Origin: Ostreococcus lucimarinus | Lineage: Eukaryota | Assembly: GCA_000092065.1 (NCBI GenBank) | Contig: CP000600.1 | Strand: one strand, 5' to 3' | DNA: 64,000 nt | In this document: positions 29,418 to 39,991 of the stretch, one piece after another | Layout: every line of letters begins with the position of its first letter | How positions within the stretch are numbered: position 1 is the stretch's first letter | Made by a program: the position numbers and the translations under genes | Notes under the pieces: model-generated | Seen by the model: only the letters and a program-made list of their open reading frames with translations | What the model was told of the DNA's origin: nothing | The model's database searches: none

Positions 29418-31883
29418 TTACAATTCTTCTACGTACGCCGCGGCGCCGAGTTCTAAGGGTTCGACCGCGACGGCTGCAGTTGGATGATTATCAGATTCGT
29501 GCATCGCGCGAGCGGCGGCGATGCGTCGAGCGGTGGGATCTTGGAAAACCTCGCCGTCTTGGAATTCCTCGCGAAGCGCGGCTCTTGTCCAAATCGCGCC
29601 GAGGAGGAGACGCCAGTGCAGGCAGGCTTCTTTGTATACCTTGGCCTCGATCGCGAGTCGGCGCGTTTCTTCGGCTTCTTCGTGTTTCGAGAGTAAGTCG
29701 TCTTTGAATTCTTCGCAGACGACGATACCGTTGAAGACGGGGAGCGTCTTGCCGCCGGCTTTGTACTCGAAACCGACGAGCGCGGGGGCATAGTCAATAC
29801 TCATCGATTTGGCGGTTTTTGCGATTCGCGGCAAGTTCACGTGCACGGTTCCCGGTGGTGGTAATGCATTACCGTACAAATCGACGTTTCCGCGATCGTT
29901 CTTCGGCACAAGACCGCCCACGGCGGCTGGAGGCGTCCAAGGTTCGGTTTGCCATTCGCCGTAGAGCGCAACGTCGCCGGGAATTCTCTGCGGATCGTCC
30001 GGACAATCGTCGTGCTCGGACATCGAGACGCGCCACTCTTCTGAGTCTAAGCGTTCTTTTGATCCTTCCGCTTGCGTCATGAACCAGCCTTCGCGCGCGC
30101 GCGTGAGAGCCTTGACGCGCGCCTGAGACGCTCTGCTGTGAATCTTGCGCACGGGCGAGTTCATCAACGTGTCGATGACGCGTCTTCTGCACTCGCTCTT
30201 CCAGCGCTCGGCGCTCTTCAACTCCTTCACACACGATCTCGGAAATACTGGTTCGCCGGCGATGAGACCTTTCACGGGATGTCGAGGGTGAATGCACTGT
30301 GATCGCGACAAAAAGCGCTCGACGACCCAGAGCGGATGATTTTTAATCTCAGTCATCGTCCCGGGCACGCGCTCTTTCGAGCTTCTCACGTCCATCTCGA
30401 ATAACTCTGTGGCATCAGCCGTTTCTACGACTTTCCGCAGCTCGGGTGAGGCATCGCGCGCGATCGCGTCGCGATGGATTCTTTCGACGTGCTCTGTGAT
30501 TTTCTCCCACCACTTCCAATCTGGCGTGCGGTGGTGCAATGCCTGTGAAAACGCCGCGGAGTACTTGCGTGTGACATCACGCGCGCCCGAATCGGCGTAA
30601 AACGCCACGACGTACGGCATAGACGACGTCGCATCCGCAGTCGTGCCACGTTTGCGATTGCCAAAAATAATCTCTGGAGCGTCCACCGATGCTCGCGTCG
30701 TCGGCACAACGCTCACCCAGCGAGCGTTTCCTTTGTCATTTGATTCCGCATCGTGTCGCGCGCACAACACCTCGCACCAGTGTCGGACAAGTCCTTCGCG
30801 ACGTCGCACAGTCTCTAACGGCAGTGGCTTAGGTGTATGCAGCACGCCCATGGATTCGAGTTTCGCTGCGCTCGCGCGAACCGGCACTGGCTCGAGCGAC
30901 GACACTACGCGACACATCAAACCCAAACCTTGACACAACGCCGCGAACAGCGCCGCGCACTCTTCTTCACTTATTTCAGTGCGACCTCGAAGCGCCCAAA
31001 GCGACGCAAGTCTTGCGGCGATACCACACGCGCTGCCTGTCGCGCCGGCGCTCGCGCGATGCATCGCCGCTCGAAACGCTAAGCGACGCCATCGAGCGTC
31101 CTTCACCGCCTTTTTCGCGCCTAAAACGTCATCACCATCGATCGCGATCGGCGGTGCTGTCGCATCGGCAAACCAATCTACTAATCTCGCCAGCGCACTC
31201 ACCTCAACCGTCGCCGTCGTAGTCGTGCACGCGTCCACCAACCGCCGCGGCGCGCACGACGTCACGAGCGCTCGCAAAATCTCGCTCGACGCCGCCGCCC
31301 GCACCAACCTACCGCGAGCCACTAAGCACATCACGTGCGTATGATGCGTCTCCAACAAATTCCTCCGCTCATCATCGCTCAATCGACGCGATTTCTTTTT
31401 CTTCTTCGTCGTCGACGCGTCGCCGCCGCCGCTCGCTCGCCCCACGTTTTCCGGCGCATCCTCCAACCCCACGCGTTCCTCCGGTTCAACGTCCGGGACG
31501 TACGCTCCGTAGTCACGCTCATCATCGACGTCATCCCACTCCTCTTCGCTGCTCTCGGCGTTCGTTTTCGCGTCGACGCCGCACGCGCCGACGTCGTCGT
31601 CCGTCGCCGCCGTCGACCCGTCGCCGCGCGCGAACGGCAGCGCCACTCCGAGCTGCGCCGCGATGGACGCCGCCGACCGCCCAGGGATCGTTCGCCGCGC
31701 CTCTGCGTCGTCGTTGACGCGCGCGCGCGCCGTCGTCGTCGCGTTTCCTTCCGCCAGCTGTGCTTTGTCATCGTCCCTTCGTCGACGCTTCTCGCGCTTC
31801 TCCAGCGTCGCCTCGACCGCACGCTTGGACGACGATCGCAGTGACGTCGCGTCGGCGCGGCGCGCCGCGTCCGCGTCTCGCAT
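29418..31883 (-). CDS. XPC: XPC/Rad4 nucleotide-excision-repair damage-recognition protein
   Basis: Rad4 beta-hairpin domains align closely: KNHPLWVVERFLSRSQCIHP...GDVALYGEWQTEPWTPPAAVGGLVPKNDRGNVDLYGNALPPPGTVHVNLP...IDYAPALVGFEYKAGGKTLPVFNGIVVCEEFKDDL (compare human XPC ...[30 protein letters not shown]...GYIVCEEFKDVL). The track start 32018 is TTG; the first ATG is at 31883. Confidence 0.85.
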   Translation of the reverse strand: MRDADAARRADATSLRSSSKRAVEATLEKREKRRRRDDDKAQLAEGNATTTARARVNDDAEARRTIPGRSAASIAAQLGVALPFARGDGSTAATDDDVGACGVDAKTNAESSEEEWDDVDDERDYGAYVPDVEPEERVGLEDAPENVGRASGGGDASTTKKKKKSRRLSDDERRNLLETHHTHVMCLVARGRLVRAAASSEILRALVTSCAPRRLVDACTTTTATVEVSALARLVDWFADATAPPIAIDGDDVLGAKKAVKDARWRRLAFRAAMHRASAGATGSACGIAARLASLWALRGRTEISEEECAALFAALCQGLGLMCRVVSSLEPVPVRASAAKLESMGVLHTPKPLPLETVRRREGLVRHWCEVLCARHDAESNDKGNARWVSVVPTTRASVDAPEIIFGNRKRGTTADATSSMPYVVAFYADSGARDVTRKYSAAFSQALHHRTPDWKWWEKITEHVERIHRDAIARDASPELRKVVETADATELFEMDVRSSKERVPGTMTEIKNHPLWVVERFLSRSQCIHPRHPVKGLIAGEPVFPRSCVKELKSAERWKSECRRRVIDTLMNSPVRKIHSRASQARVKALTRAREGWFMTQAEGSKERLDSEEWRVSMSEHDDCPDDPQRIPGDVALYGEWQTEPWTPPAAVGGLVPKNDRGNVDLYGNALPPPGTVHVNLPRIAKTAKSMSIDYAPALVGFEYKAGGKTLPVFNGIVVCEEFKDDLLSKHEEAEETRRLAIEAKVYKEACLHWRLLLGAIWTRAALREEFQDGEVFQDPTARRIAAARAMHESDNHPTAAVAVEPLELGAAAYVEEL

Positions 31884-32170
31884 GACGCCGAAGCTTACGA
31901 CGACATGGAGCGGCACAAAGTGCCGCGTCGCGCGCAAAAGTTTTCTCTCTTCGCTCGCGCGCGCGGGACGCGCGCGACGCGCGCGACGCGCGCGAGATAT
32001 TTTTCTGCGCGCGCTCAAGTCTCGCGCGTCGTTCTCACGCGCGCGCGCGCTCGGGAAGGCTTGGATTGGAGACTCTCGTCGGTTCGCGTCGCCGAAGTCG
32101 CGACGACGAGCGAGCGTCGACGTCGATCGAACGGTTTTCGCCGCGCCGCGCCGCGCGCGAGGTCACGAAG

Positions 32171-33547
32171 ATGTCTCGAGATGATCGAGATTTGAATTCG
32201 TCGCGCGCGAACCGCGCGTTGCGCGCGCGTGAGGAGGCGGTCGTGAAACGTTGGAAGTCGCCGGATCGCGCGCCGCCGGCGCGCGCGGCGGCGGCGCTTC
32301 GAACGCTGCGACCGATCCCGTTTCGCCCGTTCGGCGCGATGTCGTTTTGCGATAAGGCATTCTCGTGCGCGTGGCTCGCGGATGATCTGGCGTTGATCGG
32401 GACGAAGGATAATCGGTTGTTTGAGTTGGAGATCGATCGACGAGGGCGTCGAGACGCGTGGCGCGAGATCGAACTCGGAAGGGAGGACGCGTACACGAGG
32501 AACCGGGCGATGGAGATCGCCGCGCAATGGGTGAGCCGACACACGCCGCAGGCGTTACGAGCGATCAACGTTTCTCCGCCGTTCTTGGCCGGTCCCTATG
32601 GGCACGGCGCGGTTCGCGCCGCCGCTTCGAGACGGGGCGGCGCCCACGCGTGTTCGGTGAGCTCGACTCGAGAGCACATCGTGTGTAGCGGTGGTCCATC
32701 ACACAACATCGTTGGGTTCCGTCGAGACGAGGAGACGGAATGTCTCGTGCCTAGAATGGCATTTTCTGGGCACGACGACGTCGTGTTCGACGTTGGCTTC
32801 ATCGGACGAGACGCGATGGCGTCGGCGTCGCGCGACTGCACGGTGAAAGTCTGGCAGCTTCCTAAGAGTCCTAGCTACGACGAGATAAGAATCACTCCAA
32901 GTGGTTCGGTGCACCCGATCGGAGAGTGCACGCAGAACGAACGCGTGCGTGGCGTCAAGGTTGTTGATCGATGTCCCGCTCGTCATCTTGCGACGTGCAC
33001 GTCGAGCGGACACGTACTTCAGCTCGACGCAGAGACGCTTTCGCTCGTACACAGTGGATATCAGTGTCGAGGATATCTCGAAACTTGCTGCCTCGCCACC
33101 GATGGCCAAATCGTCGCCGTCGGTTCTCGCACGCACATTGGTTTCGTGGACTTTCGATCAAAAAACTTTTACGCCTCCGTAGCGCTACCATACGGCGATA
33201 CCAACAGCACGCGCAGTCTTAGTTTCCATGAGGGCGGCAATCTACTCACAATTGGCGGCGGTCGAGGATTGATTTCGTTTTACGACGTTCGCATGCGAAA
33301 ATATCTCGTCGATAACGGTCGAGGTCGGGTGCGCCAGCTCTTCAACAACCAATATTGCGTCCCCTTTGCAGACAACGGGATCTTCGAGGATGAGCACGAT
33401 GACGACTTTTACGACATTGAGATTCGCGATTACTGTTTGCCAGCAATCTTTGCGCATCAGTGGGACCCGAGTGGAACACGTTTGCTCTGCGCCGGTGGGC
33501 CGCTTCAGTCGATGCTACACGGCTTCTTTGTGGGCGTGTGGAGTTAG
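32171..33547 (+). CDS. DCAF12: DCAF12-like WD40 protein (DDB1-CUL4 associated factor 12 / WDR40 family)
   Basis: ATG verified at 32171. C-terminus DYCLPAIFAHQWDPSGTRLLCAGGPLQSMLHGFFVGVWS matches DCAF12 ...[35 protein letters not shown]. N-terminal KAFSCAWLADDLALIGTKDNRLFELEI resembles DCAF12 [27 protein letters not shown]; WD repeats (SGHDDVVFDV...DCTVKVWQL). Confidence 0.8.
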   Translation: MSRDDRDLNSSRANRALRAREEAVVKRWKSPDRAPPARAAAALRTLRPIPFRPFGAMSFCDKAFSCAWLADDLALIGTKDNRLFELEIDRRGRRDAWREIELGREDAYTRNRAMEIAAQWVSRHTPQALRAINVSPPFLAGPYGHGAVRAAASRRGGAHACSVSSTREHIVCSGGPSHNIVGFRRDEETECLVPRMAFSGHDDVVFDVGFIGRDAMASASRDCTVKVWQLPKSPSYDEIRITPSGSVHPIGECTQNERVRGVKVVDRCPARHLATCTSSGHVLQLDAETLSLVHSGYQCRGYLETCCLATDGQIVAVGSRTHIGFVDFRSKNFYASVALPYGDTNSTRSLSFHEGGNLLTIGGGRGLISFYDVRMRKYLVDNGRGRVRQLFNNQYCVPFADNGIFEDEHDDDFYDIEIRDYCLPAIFAHQWDPSGTRLLCAGGPLQSMLHGFFVGVWS

Positions 33548-33567
33548 TTGCTCCAGATGTCGACGCA

Positions 33568-34271
33568 TGTCGTCCCGACGGCACGCCATCTCACCCGTGC
33601 GGCGTAATGGAGATCAGGCGACGTCTCGAACCGCGGTCGGCTCGAGCGAATCGACGTCGTGCCCCGTGTGCGGCGTCGACTTGAATGGTGTCTCGTTCGA
33701 TGCGCGCTCGCGCCACGCAGCCACGTGCGCCGAGACGCTCTCACAGCTCGACCACGTCACGCAAGAGGACGGCAACGACGAATTTGACGATGATTTGATC
33801 GCGCTCGTGGACGAGATTGACCGGAAACGAGAGTTGGAAGCGGCGAAAAAGGCGTCTCGAGCCACAACGTCGGGCTCAGCGTCGGCGATTCAGGATGGAG
33901 AAACCGTCGAGCGTTGGCTCCATCGCATTGGTTACGCGCCGTACTACCATCCTTTGTACGTCAAGGAAGAATTGCTCGACGTAGAAATCGCAAAGGAGTG
34001 TTCAGCGATGGATTTGATGTCCGTTGGCGTTGACGCAGAAGATGCAAGAGCGTTGGCGCACTGCGGCGGCGCGCCGCCGGACACCATCGCGAACGTCCCA
34101 CAAACGACAACCGTCCCGCGCACGCGATCAGCGATGCAACGTGCACGCGAAATCGCGGTCGCGAACGACGATTCGCTGTGGGCTGTCGCTCGTGGCGCCG
34201 AAAATCGCGGCCGCGGCGAGTCGCTCCCTTCCATCGAACGCTTCACGCGCGCGAAAACGACAGAGCGTTGA
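33568..34271 (+). CDS. hypothetical protein with UBZ/Rad18-like C2HC zinc finger and SAM-like domain
   Basis: ATG verified at 33568. CPVCGVDLNGVSFDARSRHAATCAE (C-x2-C-x12-H-x3-C). Later ETVERWLHRIGYAPYYHPLYVKEELLDVEIAKECSAMDLMSVGVDAEDARALAHCG is SAM-like. No confident family. Confidence 0.4.
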
Positions 34272-34428
34272 TTCACCTCCGTTGGACGTCGAAACATTCA
34301 TTCATCAGACATAGCCATAGAACTTCTTAGCGCACGCACGGCACATTGCAATCACACGATCCGAAATTCTTTCCGCGCGCGCGTCGCAGTTCTTTCGTCC
34401 CGCACTTCGCGACTCGCGAGCGGTCGCC

Positions 34429-35515
34429 ATGGCGGACGCTATGCGTGCCATGCTCGATCAGCTCATGGGCACCGAGCGCGACGTCCCTCTCGATCAACGC
34501 ACCGGCCGTTCGAGGCATTACTCGGTGCGTGCGACGCCGCGCGACCGTTGTCCCGCTCTCTTTCTGAAGATTTCTCAAGCCTTCAGTGACTGACTTTTCC
34601 GCGTGGTTCTCGACTCAGGACGCGGACGTGTGCAAATACTACATCTGTGGGTTCGACGTGACGTGTTTCAAGAACACAAAGTCCGACGCGGACGTCCTGC
34701 GGTGCGTGGGAGCGGAGGCGCAGGAAAAAGTTCGGGACGACGGCGCGCGAGAGGCGTTTCGACTCGCGCCCGAGGCTGAAAAGGCGAAATGTGGGTACGA
34801 AATGGACACGAAGATGGTGTTAGATCGGATGATTCGCGAGTGCGATCGGAGGATCGAGCGCGGGATGGTGCGAGCGAGGGCGGAGAAGGAGGAGGCGATG
34901 GTCAAGATGGCGACGAGCGCCGACGCTGATACGTTGAGGTTGTTAGAGGTGAAGATGGAGGAAAGCGCAGCGAAGGCGGAGAAATTGGGCGAGGAAGGCG
35001 ACGTCGACGGCGCCGAGGCAGAGTTGGCGCATTTAGAGACGTTTGAGCAGCGCGCGAAAGAGGTTAAGGCGAAGATGGATAGTATGGACGCGTATCGATT
35101 GACCGAGCCGTGTCCGGTGAGCGGGACGTTGTTGTGCAACACCGACACCGAGGAGCGTCGACAAGAGCATTTGATGGGTAAACAATACACTGGATGGACC
35201 CACATTCGTAAACTGCGCGACGAGCTCGCGGCGCGGTTGGCCAAGTACGAAGAGGCGGGATTCGCCATCGGTGGGCGGAGCGGCGGCGACGGGCGCGACA
35301 GAAAGCGCCGATCGCGTTCGCCCGATCGCGATCGCTCGTACAGACCGCGCGATAATCGCGACCGTGAATACGGGCGCGGTGATAGAGATACGTACCGAGG
35401 GGGTGGTGATAGGAGGTACGAGCCGTACCGCGACGACCGACGCCGGGGCGACGATCGACGTTCGTATGATCGCAGAGACGACAGGCGTAGGGACGATCGA
35501 TATAGATACTACTAA
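34429..35515 (+). CDS. LUC7: U1 snRNP protein LUC7-like; exons 34429-34524 and 34619-35515, intron 34525-34618
   Basis: Exon 1 MADAMRAMLDQLMGTERDVPLDQRTGRSRHYS matches the LUC7 N-terminus (MSAAQMRAMLDQLMGT...). Donor GTGCGT at 34525, acceptor CTCAG at 34614-34618, GACTGAC branch motif upstream. Exon 2 DADVCKYYICGFDVTC (zinc finger 1) ... RLTEPCPVSGTLLCNTDTEERRQEHLMGKQYTGWTHIRKLRDEL (zinc finger 2) followed by an RD/RS-rich tail. Confidence 0.8.
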
Positions 35516-35545
35516 TACTTTGAGTTGACGCGTGACAATTATTTG

Positions 35546-37009
35546 CTAATGTTCTAAGCTAGCGCGCCGATGGACGTAAATCTCGGGCTTCGTCTTGACG
35601 CGCAACACAGATGGTGCGCTCTTCACGTCGACGGCCAATCCTGCGTACCCGTCCGCGACGAATGCCACCTCGTACCCTGGAACGTGCTCGTGCGCGTTGA
35701 GTAAATAATCGAACCCATGATCGGCGAAAGCACTGACGCTCAAACCCTCAGTCTTACTGTACGACCAACCCGACGACGCGCTCGCGGCTTCGCCGAAGCG
35801 GCTCACGCCCGTCATCGCCGCCGGAACGTCCACGTGTACGCTTCCAGGCCTAGGGGCGACGTTCGCGTCGTGATGGAGGCGATGAAACGCCACACCACCA
35901 GGATAATTGACCGATGACGCCGCGGTGAACACGCAGACGAGCGCGAGACTTGTGAACAAAAGACCCGCGGCGATGACTGCGACGAGCGGCCGCTTGCGCC
36001 GATTATTCCAGACGCGAGACAAAGTCGTCGCCGCGGCGACGTTGAACAGCGGTAGCGTCGGGAATATGAAGCGCAACTCCTTGTGTGGCAAAAAGCTATA
36101 CATACCAACGTAGAAGAGCGCCGCGAACATGATCGGGCGCGCGCGACGCTCGATGAAGACGGACATCAACGCCAGCGGATACGCGCACAACAAGCTCTTC
36201 GGCAGCGCCGACGAAAAGTACCAATGCCAAGGCGACGTCCCCCACTCCGAGCTCTTGTTCAAGGCGGTGTTAAAATACAACACCGCACCTTCAGGCCACA
36301 CGAGTCGTCCCCAAAACCACGAATCCACGAGCGTGGACGTCGCGATCGTCAGCAACGCGACGACCGATCCGAGCCCGACGGCGCGCGGCGCCGAAATCAA
36401 CCCGCTCGCGAGCATGTGCAATCCCATCGGTGCGAGCAACAAAACCACGTCGCATCGCAGTAAAAACGTCGCCACGGTGATATAAATCACAGCCTCGCGC
36501 ACGTCTGTCCTCTCACGCGACCGCGTGCTCCGAATCCACGCCCCGCATCCCCGAAGCGTCGCCGCGAGCGCGAAGACGTTCATCAAAGGCCGCGACGCGT
36601 AAAACCACATGTGAAACTCACACAGCGACACGATCGCCACCAACGCCCCGACGACGTCCCCGAACGCGTATTTCACGTCTCCTCTAAATTTCGCGTGCGA
36701 GCGCGCGAGCGCGACCCCTAACGCTCCCCGCGCCGCGCCTCGCGCCGCCGCCTTCGTCTCCCCCGTCCCCCGTACCGCCCTCCAGACCGCCCACGGCCCT
36801 CGCGCGAGCGCCGCGAGCGCCAACGACGCGATCGCCGTTCGCGGCACCACGCCCGGGAACGCCCTGTGGTCGTACGACGCGACGTCGAGGCCGAGAAACA
36901 TGAAATCGTGCGTCGCTTGCAGCGCAAAAGATTCTTCAACTTTGCAATACGGCGCCGTGTACGCGTGCGCGAGCGCCGTCATCGCGCACGCGACGTCGTA
37001 CGCGTCCAT
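35546..37009 (-). CDS. ALG12: dolichyl-P-Man:Man7GlcNAc2-PP-Dol alpha-1,6-mannosyltransferase (ALG12, GT22)
   Basis: ATG verified at 37009. YTAPYCKVEESFALQATHDFMF..YDHRAFPGVVPRT; LVWPEGAVLYFNTALNKSSEWGTSPWHWYFSSALP; PHKELRFIFP; NYPGGVAFHRLH. All are close matches to human/yeast ALG12. Confidence 0.85.
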   Translation of the reverse strand: MDAYDVACAMTALAHAYTAPYCKVEESFALQATHDFMFLGLDVASYDHRAFPGVVPRTAIASLALAALARGPWAVWRAVRGTGETKAAARGAARGALGVALARSHAKFRGDVKYAFGDVVGALVAIVSLCEFHMWFYASRPLMNVFALAATLRGCGAWIRSTRSRERTDVREAVIYITVATFLLRCDVVLLLAPMGLHMLASGLISAPRAVGLGSVVALLTIATSTLVDSWFWGRLVWPEGAVLYFNTALNKSSEWGTSPWHWYFSSALPKSLLCAYPLALMSVFIERRARPIMFAALFYVGMYSFLPHKELRFIFPTLPLFNVAAATTLSRVWNNRRKRPLVAVIAAGLLFTSLALVCVFTAASSVNYPGGVAFHRLHHDANVAPRPGSVHVDVPAAMTGVSRFGEAASASSGWSYSKTEGLSVSAFADHGFDYLLNAHEHVPGYEVAFVADGYAGLAVDVKSAPSVLRVKTKPEIYVHRRASLEH

Positions 37010-37165
37010 CGCGCGCGCGTCGCCGCGTCGAATCGACGCGATCGCGCGTCCGCGCGTCGCGTTTTGCGTCGAAAGTTTTCAACAGAATGCAATCCGTCAC
37101 AGCTCGACGCGGCGACGCGTCGTCGACGCGCGCGCGGACGCGCGCGCGACGGCGCGGTGGACGCG

Positions 37166-39262
37166 ATGACGGGAATCGACGTCCTGAGCTTCGCGGAACG
37201 CCTCGCGACGGACGCCGACGCCGACGCCGACGCGCCGACGCTCGAAGAAACGCTCGAACTCTGCGCGAGCGACGTGCGAGAGAAGAAACTCGTCGGCGCG
37301 CTGCTCGCGACCAAGGTGCTGGCGCGCGTCGCCGAGCGGCAGCGCGCGTCGACGTGCGATGCGATCGCGAAGGCGCTGGGCGCGAAGTTTTTGAACGCGC
37401 TGCTGAAACCGGCGGCGGCGGACGCCGACGCGGAGTCGAGACTCGACGCGACGATGCGAACGTCGCTGGGCCTGAGCGTGTGCTCGGCGCTGTGCCAGAG
37501 CGATGCGTTCGCGTCGTCGAAAACGATGGCGTTTTGGGTGCCGACGTTTGAAAAATGCGCGGGGAGAGTGGCGAGGAGCGGGTTTGAGGATTTGTGCGAC
37601 GAAGCGGCGGCGGATGCGTTGGAATGCGCGTTCGCGCACGTCATCGCGAAGAGTAAATTGGCGGAAGCGGCGAGTGCGGGCGAGGGGGAGGCTGTTGAAG
37701 TGCGCTTGCGCGTGCCCGAAGGAACGGTGTTGGCGGCGAAGGAGGCGCTGAGGGAGGGGAAGTTGTGTAAGTTGTCCGCCGTGGCGATGGACGTTTTCGA
37801 CTACTCGATGTGTAGTGAGTTCTTGAATGAGCAGTCGGTAGATTCGGTGGAGATTGTGTCGTCGTTGGAGATTTTGCCGCAAATTTGCAAGATCATGCGC
37901 GAGGCTGCCGGGTCGGAGTTGCAGCTGCGCGCGATGACGGTGTTGCACCATTTGTACACATTTTTCTTGCCTCTTCCACCAGAGGCGCCGCGCCGAGACG
38001 TGTTTCAAAGTGGCATTGAGCGCGCGAATCAGGATATTTTAGAAGCGATGTGGGTCGTCTTAAACTCGCGAACGCCTAGACTTATGCGCTTCTATGCGCT
38101 GGACATCACGGCGCTCGCATCGAATGTGGTCAACACGAAGAAGGGAGCCCCGAACGCTGACAATTTTTTACCGTGGCTCCTCGCGATTGACGCCCAGCCA
38201 CCACCGGTGGTTCTAGCGGGAGCCGTGAGTGCTGGCGCCACGAAAAAAGTTCCGAGCTTGTTGGCACTCATAGTGGAGCTAGTTCGAGTGGAGATCAGCG
38301 TCGCTTTGCACGGCCTGAGCGATGCGACAAAGGGCGTGGATGTGATGGCAGAACTCGGTTTTGGGAGCGCGATGCGCTTATACAGTGAAATCATGATCAC
38401 GATAAGTGTGATCGTATCGCAAGTTCTGAGTGAAGATGGCGAAATCACCGAGCGCGGGAAAACGCTCTTGAAGGACGAGATGGGTCGATTGAGCATTCAA
38501 GAGTTGATGCGGATCGAGGCAACGAACAGAGACATCGTGAACACCATGCTCGAGGCGTTTGAAGACACGGAGACGCGAGAGATTTTCAGCGTGGAAACTC
38601 GTCAAGGTTTGATGCAGGCGATTATGTTCAATTGGGCTGAATCTCCGTCCACTTGGCAGTCGCGATTCGCGAGGTTGATGCCGTATTGGTTTGGTGAAAT
38701 GCTCGAGCTCGACGCGCGACGCGTCGAAAGCCCGTTAGAGCTCGATGCCATAAAGATGTCGCGCACGATCGGCTTCATCCACGGTTTCATGTCGATCATC
38801 GAAGACGTCGAAGGGGTGGAGTTGTTGATTGAGAGCAAGTTCTTATCGATGTTCTCCGACGTGTACGTCGCCCATGCTTCGAAGCGAATCGACGCCGCAG
38901 AGTCGTATGAAACTTCGGTTTATTTGAGTACTTGCTTGCGCGCGATCACCGAGTCGATCGACACGCTCGCGAAAGCGACGAGTTCAGCAGACTCACCGAT
39001 CCACGCGTTACGCGCATCTTTCATCGAATCGATGGAACTGATGCACAAGCGCGTGCGCGACAGTTACCTCGAGCGCTTACCGGAATCGATGCGAGAAAAG
39101 AGCAACGTCGACGAGTACGTTGTCGGCGAAAATGGTGAACGCTTTAGCGTGGCGGAGAAGGCATACGCGGAGGAGGTACACGCCGTTTTAAAAAAGCGTG
39201 GAGTCTTCGCCGGTGACGACGCTCACCTCGACAGCGTCACGCGCGGCTTCGAGAAGCTTTAA
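37166..39262 (+). CDS. NCDN: neurochondrin (NCDN) family protein
   Basis: ATG verified at 37166. N-terminal TLEETLELCASDVREKKLVGALLATKVLARVAERQRASTCDAIAKALGAKFLNALL aligns with NCDN [53 protein letters not shown]; ~700-aa helical (ARM/HEAT-like) protein of similar length. Confidence 0.55.
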   Translation: MTGIDVLSFAERLATDADADADAPTLEETLELCASDVREKKLVGALLATKVLARVAERQRASTCDAIAKALGAKFLNALLKPAAADADAESRLDATMRTSLGLSVCSALCQSDAFASSKTMAFWVPTFEKCAGRVARSGFEDLCDEAAADALECAFAHVIAKSKLAEAASAGEGEAVEVRLRVPEGTVLAAKEALREGKLCKLSAVAMDVFDYSMCSEFLNEQSVDSVEIVSSLEILPQICKIMREAAGSELQLRAMTVLHHLYTFFLPLPPEAPRRDVFQSGIERANQDILEAMWVVLNSRTPRLMRFYALDITALASNVVNTKKGAPNADNFLPWLLAIDAQPPPVVLAGAVSAGATKKVPSLLALIVELVRVEISVALHGLSDATKGVDVMAELGFGSAMRLYSEIMITISVIVSQVLSEDGEITERGKTLLKDEMGRLSIQELMRIEATNRDIVNTMLEAFEDTETREIFSVETRQGLMQAIMFNWAESPSTWQSRFARLMPYWFGEMLELDARRVESPLELDAIKMSRTIGFIHGFMSIIEDVEGVELLIESKFLSMFSDVYVAHASKRIDAAESYETSVYLSTCLRAITESIDTLAKATSSADSPIHALRASFIESMELMHKRVRDSYLERLPESMREKSNVDEYVVGENGERFSVAEKAYAEEVHAVLKKRGVFAGDDAHLDSVTRGFEKL

Positions 39263-39400
39263 CCTCGTCGTCTGAGTTTCGTCGTTTCCATCGTTTGTTC
39301 TACAAGCGTACAACGCGTTCGTGTGGTAAGGGTAGCGTACATTTGGTTGAAAAATCCGTAAAAATCGTCATCATCGTCGTCGTCGTCGTCGGCGGCATCG

Positions 39401-39991
39401 TCAATCGGCGCCGAAGACGGGCGCGTGCGAGCCGCGCGCCGACTTCCCCTTTGGCTTCGCTCGCACGGATTTGTAAAACGCCCGCATCGCCTCCTTATCG
39501 CTCAAATCCACCGGCGCCACCACGTCCCCGACCCCGGCCGCCCGTCCACGCAGCGCCCCACTCCCCGCCAAATTCTCTTCCTTCCACCTCGCCAGCATCT
39601 CCTCTCTCTTCTTCACCTTCGCCTCCCGTCTCGCCACTTCCTCCGCCGTCGGCCCGTCCTCCGGCTTCGCCGCCAGGTACGCGTTCTTCCAGCTCTTCTT
39701 ATCCTTCGGCGCCTTCCCCGGAAACGCCGGCGCCATCCCGGGCTCGTACCACGCCTCCGCGTACCTCGGCCACCACAATTCATCGCAATCCACCATCTTC
39801 TTATACGCGCACCCTCGCCTCGAGCACGCGCACCGGTCGCTCGTCTCCGACAGCGCCCTCGCGCTCGCGTCCCGCAGCAGCTCGATCACCGACGCCTTCG
39901 TCACCGCGCCCGTGAGTTTCGGATCCAGCAGCGTCTCGAGCGGACACTCCGCGTCGACCGAGCTCGACGACGCCTCGTCGCCGCTCGACAT
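39401..39991 (-). CDS. hypothetical small protein (196 aa), basic C-terminal half
   Basis: ATG verified at 39991 (MSSGDEASSSS...); CACSRRGCAYKKMVDCDELWWPRYAEAWYEPG; lysine-rich tail. No family assigned. Confidence 0.3.
   Translation of the reverse strand: MSSGDEASSSSVDAECPLETLLDPKLTGAVTKASVIELLRDASARALSETSDRCACSRRGCAYKKMVDCDELWWPRYAEAWYEPGMAPAFPGKAPKDKKSWKNAYLAAKPEDGPTAEEVARREAKVKKREEMLARWKEENLAGSGALRGRAAGVGDVVAPVDLSDKEAMRAFYKSVRAKPKGKSARGSHAPVFGAD

Noticed and set aside
31884-32170. E2F-like TTTTCGCCGCG elements in the XPC/DCAF12 bidirectional promoter
   Set aside because: They are mentioned only as context. A single imperfect match in GC-rich DNA is not sufficient to call a regulatory site.
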